Position numbers and translations under genes: made by a program. The notes beneath the pieces were generated by a model. It did not search any database. It had not been told where the DNA came from and saw nothing but the letters and a program-made list of their open reading frames with translations. From Auanema rhodensis (taxonomy: Eukaryota > Animalia > Nematoda): a stretch of DNA of 64,000 nt. Positions 12,735 to 24,900 of this stretch are shown here, in pieces (the stretch's first letter is position 1; every line of letters starts with the position of its first letter). The DNA is taken from contig OZ059896.1 of the NCBI GenBank assembly GCA_964057225.1, positions 12,462,001-12,526,000 on the forward strand. The letters run 5' to 3'.

Positions 12735-15700
12735 ACTGTAATCTGTCACAAAAGAATTGCCATATATGAGATTTGATCTTCCTTCTTGTTTAAAACAAAA
12801 GGGAAGAATTTATGAACAATATGAGCAAGAAGAGATTTCAAAATTTTGAGTTTTTTGAAGTTGGAACTCAGGTTATTGCTGTTCTCCAAGTTTGTTACTG
12901 TTGTAGTAGTCAAATAAGAAAATCCTCTTTTTATTTTTAACAACCAAGTTCGGAATTAAAATTCATTACTCCAGCTCGAATTTTAAAAAACACAGTTTTG
13001 GGCAGTAAAACTAATATTAATGACACAACGACTCTTCCACACTTTTTATATTCGAAATATTATATATGTTTTTCTACTTTTGTTGTTAGTTGGGCAGAAC
13101 CGAATGCTTTGATCGATATTTTGATATAAACGTAAGCAGATAAAAGAAGTCATTATTAGATCACAAGAAATTACATTATGAGTTATACATTAACATATAC
13201 ATTAAATATACCGATTGAAATTGAATGAAATAATAATCAAATATTAGGTTTTATGCTGCTTGATAATGTAGTACATGGTTATTTTCTAAGACTCAAAGTT
13301 TGGGACAAAAATCATAGTAAATCTGTGAAACATTTTTGATAACTTTGTTGCTGAATAGTGAAAAAAACGAACTAAAAATAAAATAGTTCCGGCTTTAATC
13401 TGTGATGGAGAAAAAGCTCTTCTTGCTCTGAAAGTCGTTAGTTAGCCATACTTTAAATTTTCACGATGTGTTATAGAACAATGTTTTTTCTAAAATGATT
13501 GTTGTAAGATGTGATGTGCATCTTCTTGGAAACGCAGTTTTCGAATTGAAAGCAAAAAAAACTGAAAAAGAAAATACAGAGGTGTTTGTTTGGTGAGACT
13601 AAAAAAGTGTGTCACTACATTTAAAACAGTTTCATAATGACAATACACTTCTCTTTACAGGATCCCCGTGGCAATATTTCGATGAACGGTCTGCTTGAAT
13701 CGCTGGGTGAAGATCATTGGAATAAACTATTGAACAAGATTATTAAAAAAGAAAACAAAAAAGTTTCGGAATGGTAAGGCTAAATTAAAGTAAATGAGTA
13801 CTATAAATGTTCCAAGATAAGTAGTTGAAGACAAATGCTCTATTCTTATCATTCACTAGAAACAAAACTGAGAAGCGGTCGTTTACAACAGTTTGTGAGT
13901 ACGAATCTCATTGAATGCAGGAATGCTATTCTCAAAAATAGGATCACCTCTGAAACGTCTGCTGTTCCACTGTTATCTTTCTAAACTAATGTTTATTTTT
14001 TTCAGTAGAATAGTAGAATAGTTCAGTATATGTTTTTCTACTTTTGTTGTTAGTTGGGCAAAACCGAATGCTTTGATCGATATTTTGATATAAACGTAAG
14101 CAGATAAAAGAAGTCATTATTAGATCACAAGAAATTACAGTATGAGTTATACATTAACATATACATTAAATATACCGATTGAAATTAAATGAAATAATAA
14201 TCAAATATTAGGTTTTATGCTGCTTGATAATATAGTACATGGTTATTTTCTAAGACTCAAAGTTTGGGACAAAAATCATAGTAAATCTGTGAAACATATA
14301 TCAGCCGAAACAAAAAACAAAATCCGGCGAGATTTGAACTCGGTTCGCAGGATTCAGAGTCCTGAGTGCTAACCATGAGATAAATTCAAGTTCAACAACA
14401 TATCAGTCAATGTACAGTTAATTCCAATTTAGCGTACAAATGTTTCTGAAAAATGTCAAGATTGGAGAATCAAATGAGTGGAACGCACATTCCACATCAT
14501 CAAATAATTTGCACATCAGAACCAAACTACTGTTCAGAAAACTAACAAAGAAAAAGAAACATTCTTATAAAAGACTAATTATCGATTTTAAGTAATGGCA
14601 CACTAGTTAGATGCGCAGCACACTTCACACATTTATAATATTTACATTCTTATTTTAAGTTCGATCAAGGAGGTCTTTATTTGTTACAGAACAATGATTT
14701 TTGGATGGAGTGGTTCTACAGCTTTTGCGGCATCAAAGGAAATTCTGAAAGTGTTTAAAAATGATAAGTTAGTGTATTATTTCTCTTAGTCTTTTCTATT
14801 TTTTGAGTTCATTATCATGATTTTGCTGAATATCCTATCAATGTCTTGTTAACTGTTGTAAAATTGAAAGATGATTTCAAATATCTTTAAGTTTGTACCC
14901 AAGATGTTCTTTCACCTTGGTCAGGAAACATGAATGGGTTCATATCATTTTCTTAAATTTTCTTTCTGTACCATAATGCAAATTATCTTCTGCAAAATCT
15001 ACGAAAAGTAAAATTGAAAAAAATTCTATTTAATGAAATTTATCCATCTGATGAATTACTTTGTCTGAAAATTATCAGAAACTTAAACCCGAGTCAGCCA
15101 ATCTAAAAGACAGGTATCTTGAGGTGATTGATTCTAGAATGTTTATAATTTAGGTGAATACATCTTTAACGAAACTGAAAAAAATGAACTGGTTTCAAAT
15201 GTATTTATTCAATACATCTCTTTCAGACCAGGCCTACTGCCATTCACGAATATGTTTTCAAGAATCAAGAACTCTTATATGTTCTTGTTGTTTAACAACA
15301 AAATTTTGAAATTGAAATGAGATAAATACTGCATATTCTTGGGAGCTGTGCCTATATTTCAAATTATTCCAGATTTGAAGATCAACTGGTTAAAATTTAC
15401 TCCGTAATCCAGTGATCATTTTTATCAATTCTTGTGCTTCTACTGAAAAAATAAACATTAGTTTAGAAAGATAACAGTGAAACAGCAGACGTTTCAGCGG
15501 TGATCCTATTTTTGAGAATAGCATTCCTGCATTCAATGAGATTCGTACTCACAAACTGTTGTAAACGACCGCTTCTCAGTTTTGTTTCTAGCGAATGATA
15601 AGAATAGAGCATTTGTCTTCAACTACTTATCTTGGAACATTTATAGTACTCATTTACTTTAATTTAGCCTTTAACATTCCGAAACTTTTTTGTTTTCTTT

Positions 15701-18700
15701 TTTAATAATCTTGTTCAATAGTTTATTCCAATGATCTTCACCCAGCGATTCAAGCAGACCGTTCATCGAAATATTGCCATGGGGATCCTGTAAAGAGAAG
15801 TGTATTGTCATTATGAAACTGTTTTAAATGTAGTGACACACTTTTTTAGTCTCACCAAACAAACACCTCTGTATTTTCATTTTCAGTTTTTTTTGCTTTC
15901 AATTCGAAAACTGCGTTTCCAAGAAGATGCACATCACATCTTACAACAATCATTTCAGAAAAAACATTGTTCTATAACACATCGTGAAAATTCAAAGTAT
16001 GACTAACTAACGACTTTTAGAGCAAGAAGAGCTTTTTCTCCATCACAGATTAAAGCCGGAACTATTTTATTTTTAATGATCTGAAACAAAAAATTTTCTT
16101 GTTGATTGGAATCATCCTGTTTCATTACTTGAATTGTATTATATTTGCAATAAGAAGAGTGATGAGCAAATCACACAAATCAAAAGTTGTGTCATAAAAG
16201 AAAGAACAACCTAATCCTCCTGGAAATAAGCCGTTATCATCTGTCTTTGCAAGCAAATTATCTGAAACACTTTTTTTTATGAAGCACATTACTTTCCTTT
16301 CTGTCTTCACAGGTGAGAATAGAAGTTAATTCAACTCATTATCCTATATTCAGATTGAGTGTACTAGAAAATATGCATATAGAGCTATTTGAGAAAATAA
16401 TGACAACAGCAAAAACAAAATACGATGAACTTTCTTCGAAGCAGTATTTAAGTATGGAATTCGAAGTTGGTGCTGCAACAAAAAAAATAAAATTCACCAA
16501 AATAAGTAAAAAAAATGAACACAGAGGAATTTCGCAAATTTATCAGTTAGTTAAGAACATCTTCAATTTAAAAATACTTATCTTTAAGTGAACCCTTCTA
16601 CGATGAAGATTCAAGCTCACGCTATTCTGATGTATCAAGACTATTCAAAACTATAATATCGACACAAATTTTGAGAAGTAATAACAGTTTAATTCATAAT
16701 AAACAAAAAATCAGTCAATGTTCAGTTAATTCAGATTGTGACGTACAGATCTTTTCAGAAAATGTCAACATTGGAAAGTCAAAAATCAGGAACCACAACA
16801 TCACAACAAACCGTGACAGAGCCAAAGAGCTATCGGCAGAACTCGGATCACAAGGTCGAGCTAAGACAACTGCTATGGGAAATTAAGGAATGTGCTCAAG
16901 GTACGCTCATTGATAATTACTGGACTAGAGTGAGAATGTTACCTAGTTTTGAAAAGTTATTGGGAGAATCTAATACCTCTTTAGACGTACAGATCTTTTT
17001 AGAAAATGTCAACATTGGAAAGTCAAAAATCATGACAAACACCACCAGCTTGATATTTTTAAAAAAGATTTCATCAACAATGAAATCATTCAAAACTATA
17101 ATATCAACACAAATTTCGAGAAATAATAACAGTTTAATTCATGATAAGCAAAAAATCAGTCAATGTTCAATATTCAGATTGTGACGTACAGATCTTTTCA
17201 GAAAATGTCAACATTGGAAAGTCAAAAATCAGGAACCACAACATCACAACAAACCGTGACAGAGCCAAAGAGCTATCGGCAGAACTCGGATCACAAGGTC
17301 GAGCTAAGACAACTGCTATGGGAAATTAAGGAATGTGCTCAAGGTACGCTCATTGATAATTACTGGACTAGAGTGAGAATGTTACCTAGTTTTGAAAAGT
17401 TATTGGGAGAATCTAATACCTCTTTAGACGTACAGATCTTTTTAGAAAATGTCAACATTGGAAAGTCAAAAATCATGACAAACACCACCAGCTTGATATT
17501 TTTAAAAAAGATTTCATCAACAATGAAATCATTCAAAACTATAATATCAACACAAATTTCGAGAAATAATAACAGTTTAATTCATGATAAGCAAAAAATC
17601 AGTCAATGTTCAATATTCAGATTGTGACGTACAGATCTTTTCAAAAAATGTCAACATTGGAAAGTCAAAAATCAGGAACCACAACATCACAACAGACCGT
17701 GACAGAGCCAAAGAGCTATCGGCAGGATTCGGATCACAAGGTCGAGCTAAGACAACTGCTATGGGAAATTAAGGAATGTGCTCAAGGTACGCTCATTGAT
17801 GATTACTGGACTAGAGTGAGAATGTTACCTAGTCTTGAAAAGTTTTTTGGAGAATCTAATACCTCTTTAGATAAACACATAGATGCTTTTAATGAACAGT
17901 ATCCCAAAGAAAGGTGGATTGAACAACACCGAGGGCGATTTTTAAGGGATTCGTTGAGGGGAATAGTCCTGCAGACTTTTGATGCTGCTATAGCAGAAAG
18001 TCTGGATGCTCGCATTGCAACTTTTAAAACAGCGATGTTGGACCGAAAAAGAACAGCGAGATACAAAACCGCTAAAAACTTGGATAAGCTCACTATGTAC
18101 AACTACAACGTACTAGGGTATTGCACAAGACTGGAAGAGCTTTATATGAAAGTATATCCAGAGGTAGTAGACGTCAGCTCGTCCCATGATCTAGCGATGA
18201 GGTTATTTAGGCAGATTGAAAACTGGCCACATGCTGCAGCAATCCAAAATTGGATTGCAAGATACTGTTCGAAGGCAGAAAAAATCATAGTGTGGTGGAT
18301 AAAACTTTCGAATCATTTTCTTGAGTTGTACAGGTACGGTCTTACCCTGTGAATAGGTCGAGCCCGTTCTGTACAAAAAATGAAAACTCGTTTGACCCAT
18401 ATGACTAATGTCCACAAGGTGAATACAAGTAATGATTAAGCATAACAAATAACAAAGTTTACAAGAGAATGTTGGAAAAATCTAATCAATGAATTGAAGT
18501 AATAGAACAAAACCTTGGAAAACAATAGCAGACTTCTCAGAGAAAAATCAATCAACAACAAAAAAGTGTTACAATCAGAAATGGTACAAAATAAAAAATA
18601 TTTCAACAATTTGAATTGGTCAAAAAAATCTACCTTCGAGAAATTGTGATGACTAGAATGGATGTTGTACGTTAGTAAGGTTTGACAAAATCCTTGTGTA

Positions 18701-20218
18701 CTTTCCTGTTTTTTCCTGTAATGGTTCGAACCACGACGAACGACCTTTGAACTGCTGCAACTAAATAAGGCCTTTCGAATGAAGGTGTTAGTTTGTTTCG
18801 TGTAGATATGACTTTTATCACTTTTATCATAACTAACTCATTAACCTGAATTTATTTATTTCTTATTTCTATTTCGTGTATTGTACCGTTGTTCATTTTT
18901 CTCTGTGCATGTTTCAATTCTATCTTTTACTATAGCAGAAGTGCTTTCCTTTTGTATTAGTGATCTATTGACAAAACCTTCTGTAGAATTGACTGGTTCT
19001 TCAGTTTGGAGATTATTTCCAGGCAAGTAGTGGTCAATAGGAAGTCTTGCATCCCGACCAAATAATACTATGTATGGACTAATAGATGTTGATGAGTTTG
19101 GTAACGTCTTGATTGCAAACATAACTTTGGGTAGGTGTAAATCCCAGTTAGTTTGTTGTTCATTCACGAATGAAATGACAGCTTTTTCTAAAGTTTTATG
19201 AAGTCTTTCAAATTGTCCATCAGCATTTTAATAGTATGGCAGTGTAGTAGTGTATTTAATTCTAAATTGCTTACACATAGCTTGAAATTCAGAAGACTAA
19301 AAGCTACTACCATTATCGGTCACCATACTCATTGGTGGTCCATATATGAAAACAAATCTAATTACAAACCTTTTTCTTGCTACTGTCGTGTCGTGTGGAT
19401 TAATTGTTTGGATAGACTATAAGCAGAAAAAAATTTCCAGGGACAATGTCAGAGCACATGGATACAGTGGAGGCTGTTCGGAATGAACAGCTACAAAATC
19501 TTTTTGCTGATTTAGTCGGTAGATGTAAGGCGCTTTGATTTTCAATAACCAAATTTGAAATCAAAACTCATTACTCAGGCTCAAATTTTAAGAAACACAA
19601 ATTCGAGCAGTAAAGTAAAGTTAATGATATAACGACTTTTTTGCACTTTTTATGTTCGATATATATATATGTTCTTCTCTTTTTTTTTTTTTCGGGCAAA
19701 ACCGAATGCTTCGATCAATATTTTAAAAATAACGTAAAGAGATAAAAGAATTCATTATCATAACACAACAAAATACAGTATTAGTTATACGCTGACAAAT
19801 AATACAAAAAAAAGAAAAATAATAAGATAGAGATGTATTGAGTTAAGACTAACATAGTTTTAAAGCAACCGATCTGGGTTAGTGCAAAAATAAATTCAAG
19901 TTATATGTATCTCATTTCGTAGGCATGGCTGGTTTAGGCTTTAGTCATTTGAATAGCTTGCACATGTTTAGCATATGTTTGCAGATTTGACATTGAAACA
20001 ATATATATACCAATTGAAATAAATTGAAAAAAACTAAGTTCTATGCTGCTTTATAGTGTAGTATAGAATTATTTTACAGGACTTAAGTTTTGGACAAAAA
20101 CTGTAGTAAATATGTGAAACATATATCGGCCAAAGCAAAAAGCTAAACTTGAAAATTCCGCCTTAAATTAAATTCGACTCGAGGCCGCTTGGATTCATTT
20201 TAATATATTATTTACGTC

Positions 20219-20790
20219 AGTAGAGAGCCATGCCGAATTTACTAACCACGCCCCCAAACAGTTGCTAAAAACATACTTTTGAGGGCGTCAGCTGCTGAAA
20301 ACATACTTTTGGGGGCGTCAGCTGTCAAAATCATATTTTCGGCGTCAGCTGTCAAAAATATACTTTTCCTCCCGAGGCAGGCTCTCGAGCCTGCGCATGG
20401 ATCAAAATGCATGATTTTTTTTTTTAAATTATTTTTTAATGTATTATTTTAAATGATTTTTTATTATTTATATATTTGTTAATTGTATTTGTAAATATTT
20501 TTAAAATTATTTCTTTTTAAATGTATTTTTAATATTTATATATGTTTTAAATATTATTATTTAATTATTTCTTTTTAAATATATTTTATATATTTTTAAA
20601 ATATTATTAAAGTTATCTCCTTTTAAATGTATTTTTAATATTTATACATTTGAATAAACTTTTTAATATATATTGTTTTTGTTTTAATTTATAAAATTTG
20701 AATATATATATAAAAGCTAATTAATATGTTCACCGTACCTCTTATGGGTTAATCAATGGAACTCATATCGAAGGTTAATTCGATAAGATA
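20219..20790 (+). repeat. Maverick left terminal inverted repeat; imperfect homology continues to about 21460
   Basis: The first ~200 bp are near-identical to the reverse complement of ~37020-37224. An AT-rich imperfect stretch follows, then 20721-20790 matches 36590-36660, and 21270-21460 matches 36370-36560. Confidence 0.9.
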
Positions 20791-21941
20791 TATTTTATAT
20801 ATTTATTTTTTAATTTTATTTGTTTATATTGTTTATAGTTTGTGTTTATTATAGTTTATAATTATTAATTTAACTTTTAAAAAGTTTGTTGTTTATCTAG
20901 GCGAACCATTTTGTTCACCGTACCTCTTATGGGTAAATCAATGGAACACATATCGAAAGTTAATTCGATAAGAACGATATGAAATACAAAAGTTAATGGA
21001 ACACATATCGAAGGTTAATTCGATAAGATCGTTAAAACAGGTGCCCTGACCCACACAAAAACCACATGGCAAACGTTTTGTTCATTAAAATATGATAAAT
21101 AGCTGTACACCACATGTACCAAGTTGCCTAATATTTTCAAATTACATGAAAGAATAGTTTAAAGAAATTGTTTTAAATTTTATATTAGTATATTCTAATA
21201 TACTAACTCAATAAAACACATATCGAAGGTTAATTCGATAGGATTCACAAACAATTGTGTTGTTTCCAATGGAACACATATCGAAGATTAATTCGATAAG
21301 ATCGTTAAAACAGGTGCGCTGCCCCACACATGTACCACATGGCAAAAGTTTTGTTCATAAAAATATGATAAATAGCTGTACAGCACAAGTACCCATAACG
21401 CTAAAGAATACTTACTATGCCAAGGGGTCATGGGTATATAGTTTTTAGTATCAAAAATGTTAATGGAACACATATCGAATATCAATTCGATAAGATTGGT
21501 GAAACAGATACGTTGACCCACAATAAACCAAATGGCAAAGCACTTGTTCATTAAAGTATAACAAATAGCTGTATAGCATATGCATCAAGATTTCTAATAT
21601 TCTCAAATTACGTGGAAAGAAGAGTATATAGAAAAAGTTTTAGTGTGTATATTACTAATATTCTAATACCCTAACTCAAAGAACACATATCGAAGATTAA
21701 TTCGATAAGATTGTTGAAACAGTTGCGCTGACCACAACAATACATGCGTATTTATTAACAGCGGATTGGCAACTGCCACTGTTGACAGCTGTAATATGAT
21801 ACAATGTTGAGTGTTGGCAACATTGTTACGTGACAATAAAACAACTGACTGTTCTTGCAATGAAGTGTAATATAAATGTGTAAAATGAAATATGGATAGC
21901 TACCTCTCAGAGTTTGCATAATTTTATTCTGACAAGATACA

Positions 21942-24900
21942 ATGGCTGCTAACAGGTTGTGTTTTTTCCTATCTTTTTTTTTTTAATTAAAATATTTATT
22001 TTCAGTTATAAGCGTGTATGTGAAGATTTGGGGTTCGATTATGAGGAAATTTATCAACTCAGGTAATTTAACAATATTTTTAAAATATACATCTTTGTTT
22101 TTTTTTTTAGTAAGCGCATAAAACTTACCGAGAGTGGTGGTGTTGAGCTGTGTGACCCCGCAATAACCGCTTCCAATAGTGGTCCCTCGTCATCGAGGGT
22201 TATTGAAGTTATCACCTTGGATGACAGCGATAATGAGTAAGCTATCATATAATGAAAAAGCATGAAATTTTTTTTTTTCAGAGAATGGAATCCCGAGATG
22301 CCATCAACTAGTGGAGAACAATTAGGAGGCGGTTCATCCTTCAACGATGTTTGTCAAATAAAGGTACGAGCTTTTAACCTTTTTTTTTCATGTTACAATT
22401 CTTTTCACTCTATATCTTTTATTTGATTACATATCTTGAGCAATTTTGAATTCTGCCATCTATTTTTAAACAAATCATCATACATTTGGTGGCTTTTTGA
22501 AAAATAAAATAAAATCTTATCCCAAATCCATGCCATAATATCATTTATTAAATTTTTATTCATTAAAATACAATTAAATTTAAATATTTTGATGCTCAAA
22601 AACTGACACATTTAAATATTTTGTATTTTTCAAATCATTTCACTCCATCTCTTTTATTTAATTTCATATTTTAAACAATTTTAAATTTTTACCACTACTT
22701 CATAATTTTTATTTATTAAACTTTTTAATCATTAAATTAGACTTAAATTTAAATATTTTGATGCGCAAAAACAGAAACATTTAAATATTTTGTTTTTTCT
22801 AAACCATTTCACTCCATTTATTTTAAACAATTTTATATTTCTACCACTATTTCATAATTTCATTTTTTGAATTTTTGATCATTAAAAAAAAAAACATTTA
22901 AATTTCAATATTGTGATGCTCAAAAACTGAAACATGTAATTGATTTATATTTTCTAAGCCATTTCACTTCATCTCTTTTATTTAATCACATATCTTGAAC
23001 AAATTTAAATTTCTATCACTTTTTCATAATTTCGTTTATTAAATTTTTAATCACTAAAAAACATTTAAATTTCAATATTGTGATGCTCAAAAACTGAAAC
23101 ATTTTAATATTTTGTAATTTTTAAACCATTTCACTTCATCTCTTTTATTTATATATATTTTAAACAATTTTATAATTCTACTATTATTTAATTTTTATTT
23201 ATTAAATTTTTAAACATTAAAAAAAAATTGATGCTCAAAAACTGAAACATTTAAATATTTTGTATTTTTCTAATCGTTTTGAAACAAACTAAACATATAT
23301 TTGAAAACATTTCAATTAAATAAAAAATAACGACTATAACAAACAAAGAGACATAATAATTTTAAGCAAAAGATGAAACAATTCATATATATTCTTAAAA
23401 CTATATTTTTTTAAACTTTTAAAAATAAAAATTAAAAAAAAGCATGTAAACTGTTATAAATGTTGTTTATTATAGTGGTCACACCGGCGCATAAAACGCA
23501 CCGGTCGTTTTACCAACGTGGTCGTTCGATCGCTCACGTTCCCACACTTGGAAAATGTTGATGAACCAATGCATGTTATCATGCCGCGGTTATTCAACGA
23601 ATTCCTTGATCGTTGTCTTGCTGAAAGCGGTGTGCCTGATAAGCAAAAAGCCTTATTTTGTTTATCAATTGAGCACCCTTCCTTTGAAAAGGGCTCCATA
23701 TTTATGGACTTTCGTAGAAGGGAGCATCTGGATGGCGTAGTAATTATGAATGCCATCAGCAAGGTGCAGCAATCAAAACGAGAGGCTGTGATCAGCCAGG
23801 CAATGAATATTGAAATGTATGTGTTTGATGAAAGGCCAGCGCAGCCAAGCCTGATGCCGGGTGAAGGTAGAGTCGGGTATTATTTTGACCCCGAACTCAA
23901 AATACCTGGAACCATTGCCAACACTGACTCACATTGTCTGGCTAGATCAGCAGTTGTGGGAATGTGAAAAGCTGACGAGCTGGCCACTGAAGATGGCGAT
24001 GAGAAGCGAAGGCTGCAAAACCTTCGTCGCAATTACATCTTATTGCCAAATCAGCCACACCATATCAATTTATTAAATAGGTGTGGTATTTCTGTAGATT
24101 TACCAAATTATTATTTAATTCATTTAAACATTATTGCCAGCTGTAATACAAACTATAAGTTTGTAGTATATGCTAGACCGCCTGGACAGCGTATGTACAC
24201 TATCCAGAAAATGTTTAATGAAGCGGCTAGCAAATTGGTAACACTAGGTTACCGAAATAATCACTATGATTGTATTACAGCTGGTAGTCGTTCGAAAATT
24301 TTTGATGGTATTATATGTCAACACTGTAAGTTATCTTACAATACAGTGTTGCACAGATGTAAAGCCAAATGTAAAAAATGCCACACCTATAATTGTAATG
24401 CGATGGGGAATGTGGTTGAGAGTAGCGTGAGGTGTGATAGTTGTAGAGTTTTGTTTAAAACTCAACAATGCTTCGATAGGCATTTGCGAAAAGCCTGCCG
24501 AAAATTCAAGGTATTTTGTGAAAATTTAAAGTTGTACATAACAAGCTTAAATTCAGACATGTGTGGCGTGTGATCACTATCACATGGTCCGTGCTGATAG
24601 ACCGCACAATTGCAATGAAAAATTCTGCAAAAAGTGCGGTCAGACAAAGCCTGAAGAGCACTCTTGTTGTTGGGTTCCACCTAACGACAAGAAGAAGGCT
24701 CAACTAAAAAAGAAGCAAGAAAAGTTCAAGGTTTGTTTTTAACATCTTTACAAGTGTAATGCTTACTTGTTTAAGATTATATTTTATGACTTTGAAACAG
24801 TTGTGTTAAAAAACGGCACAAATGTTCATGAATATGCAGATGAACAATGGCCCAATATGGTTGTGTATAACAAATTTCGTGAAAGTTGTATAGATGCCAA

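Noticed and set aside
20755-21710. CRISPR-like array (~30-bp palindromic direct repeats with intervening sequence)
   Set aside because: Spacing is irregular (55-215 bp), the intervening sequences are themselves repeated, there are no cas genes and the context is eukaryotic. Treated as subterminal binding-site repeats.
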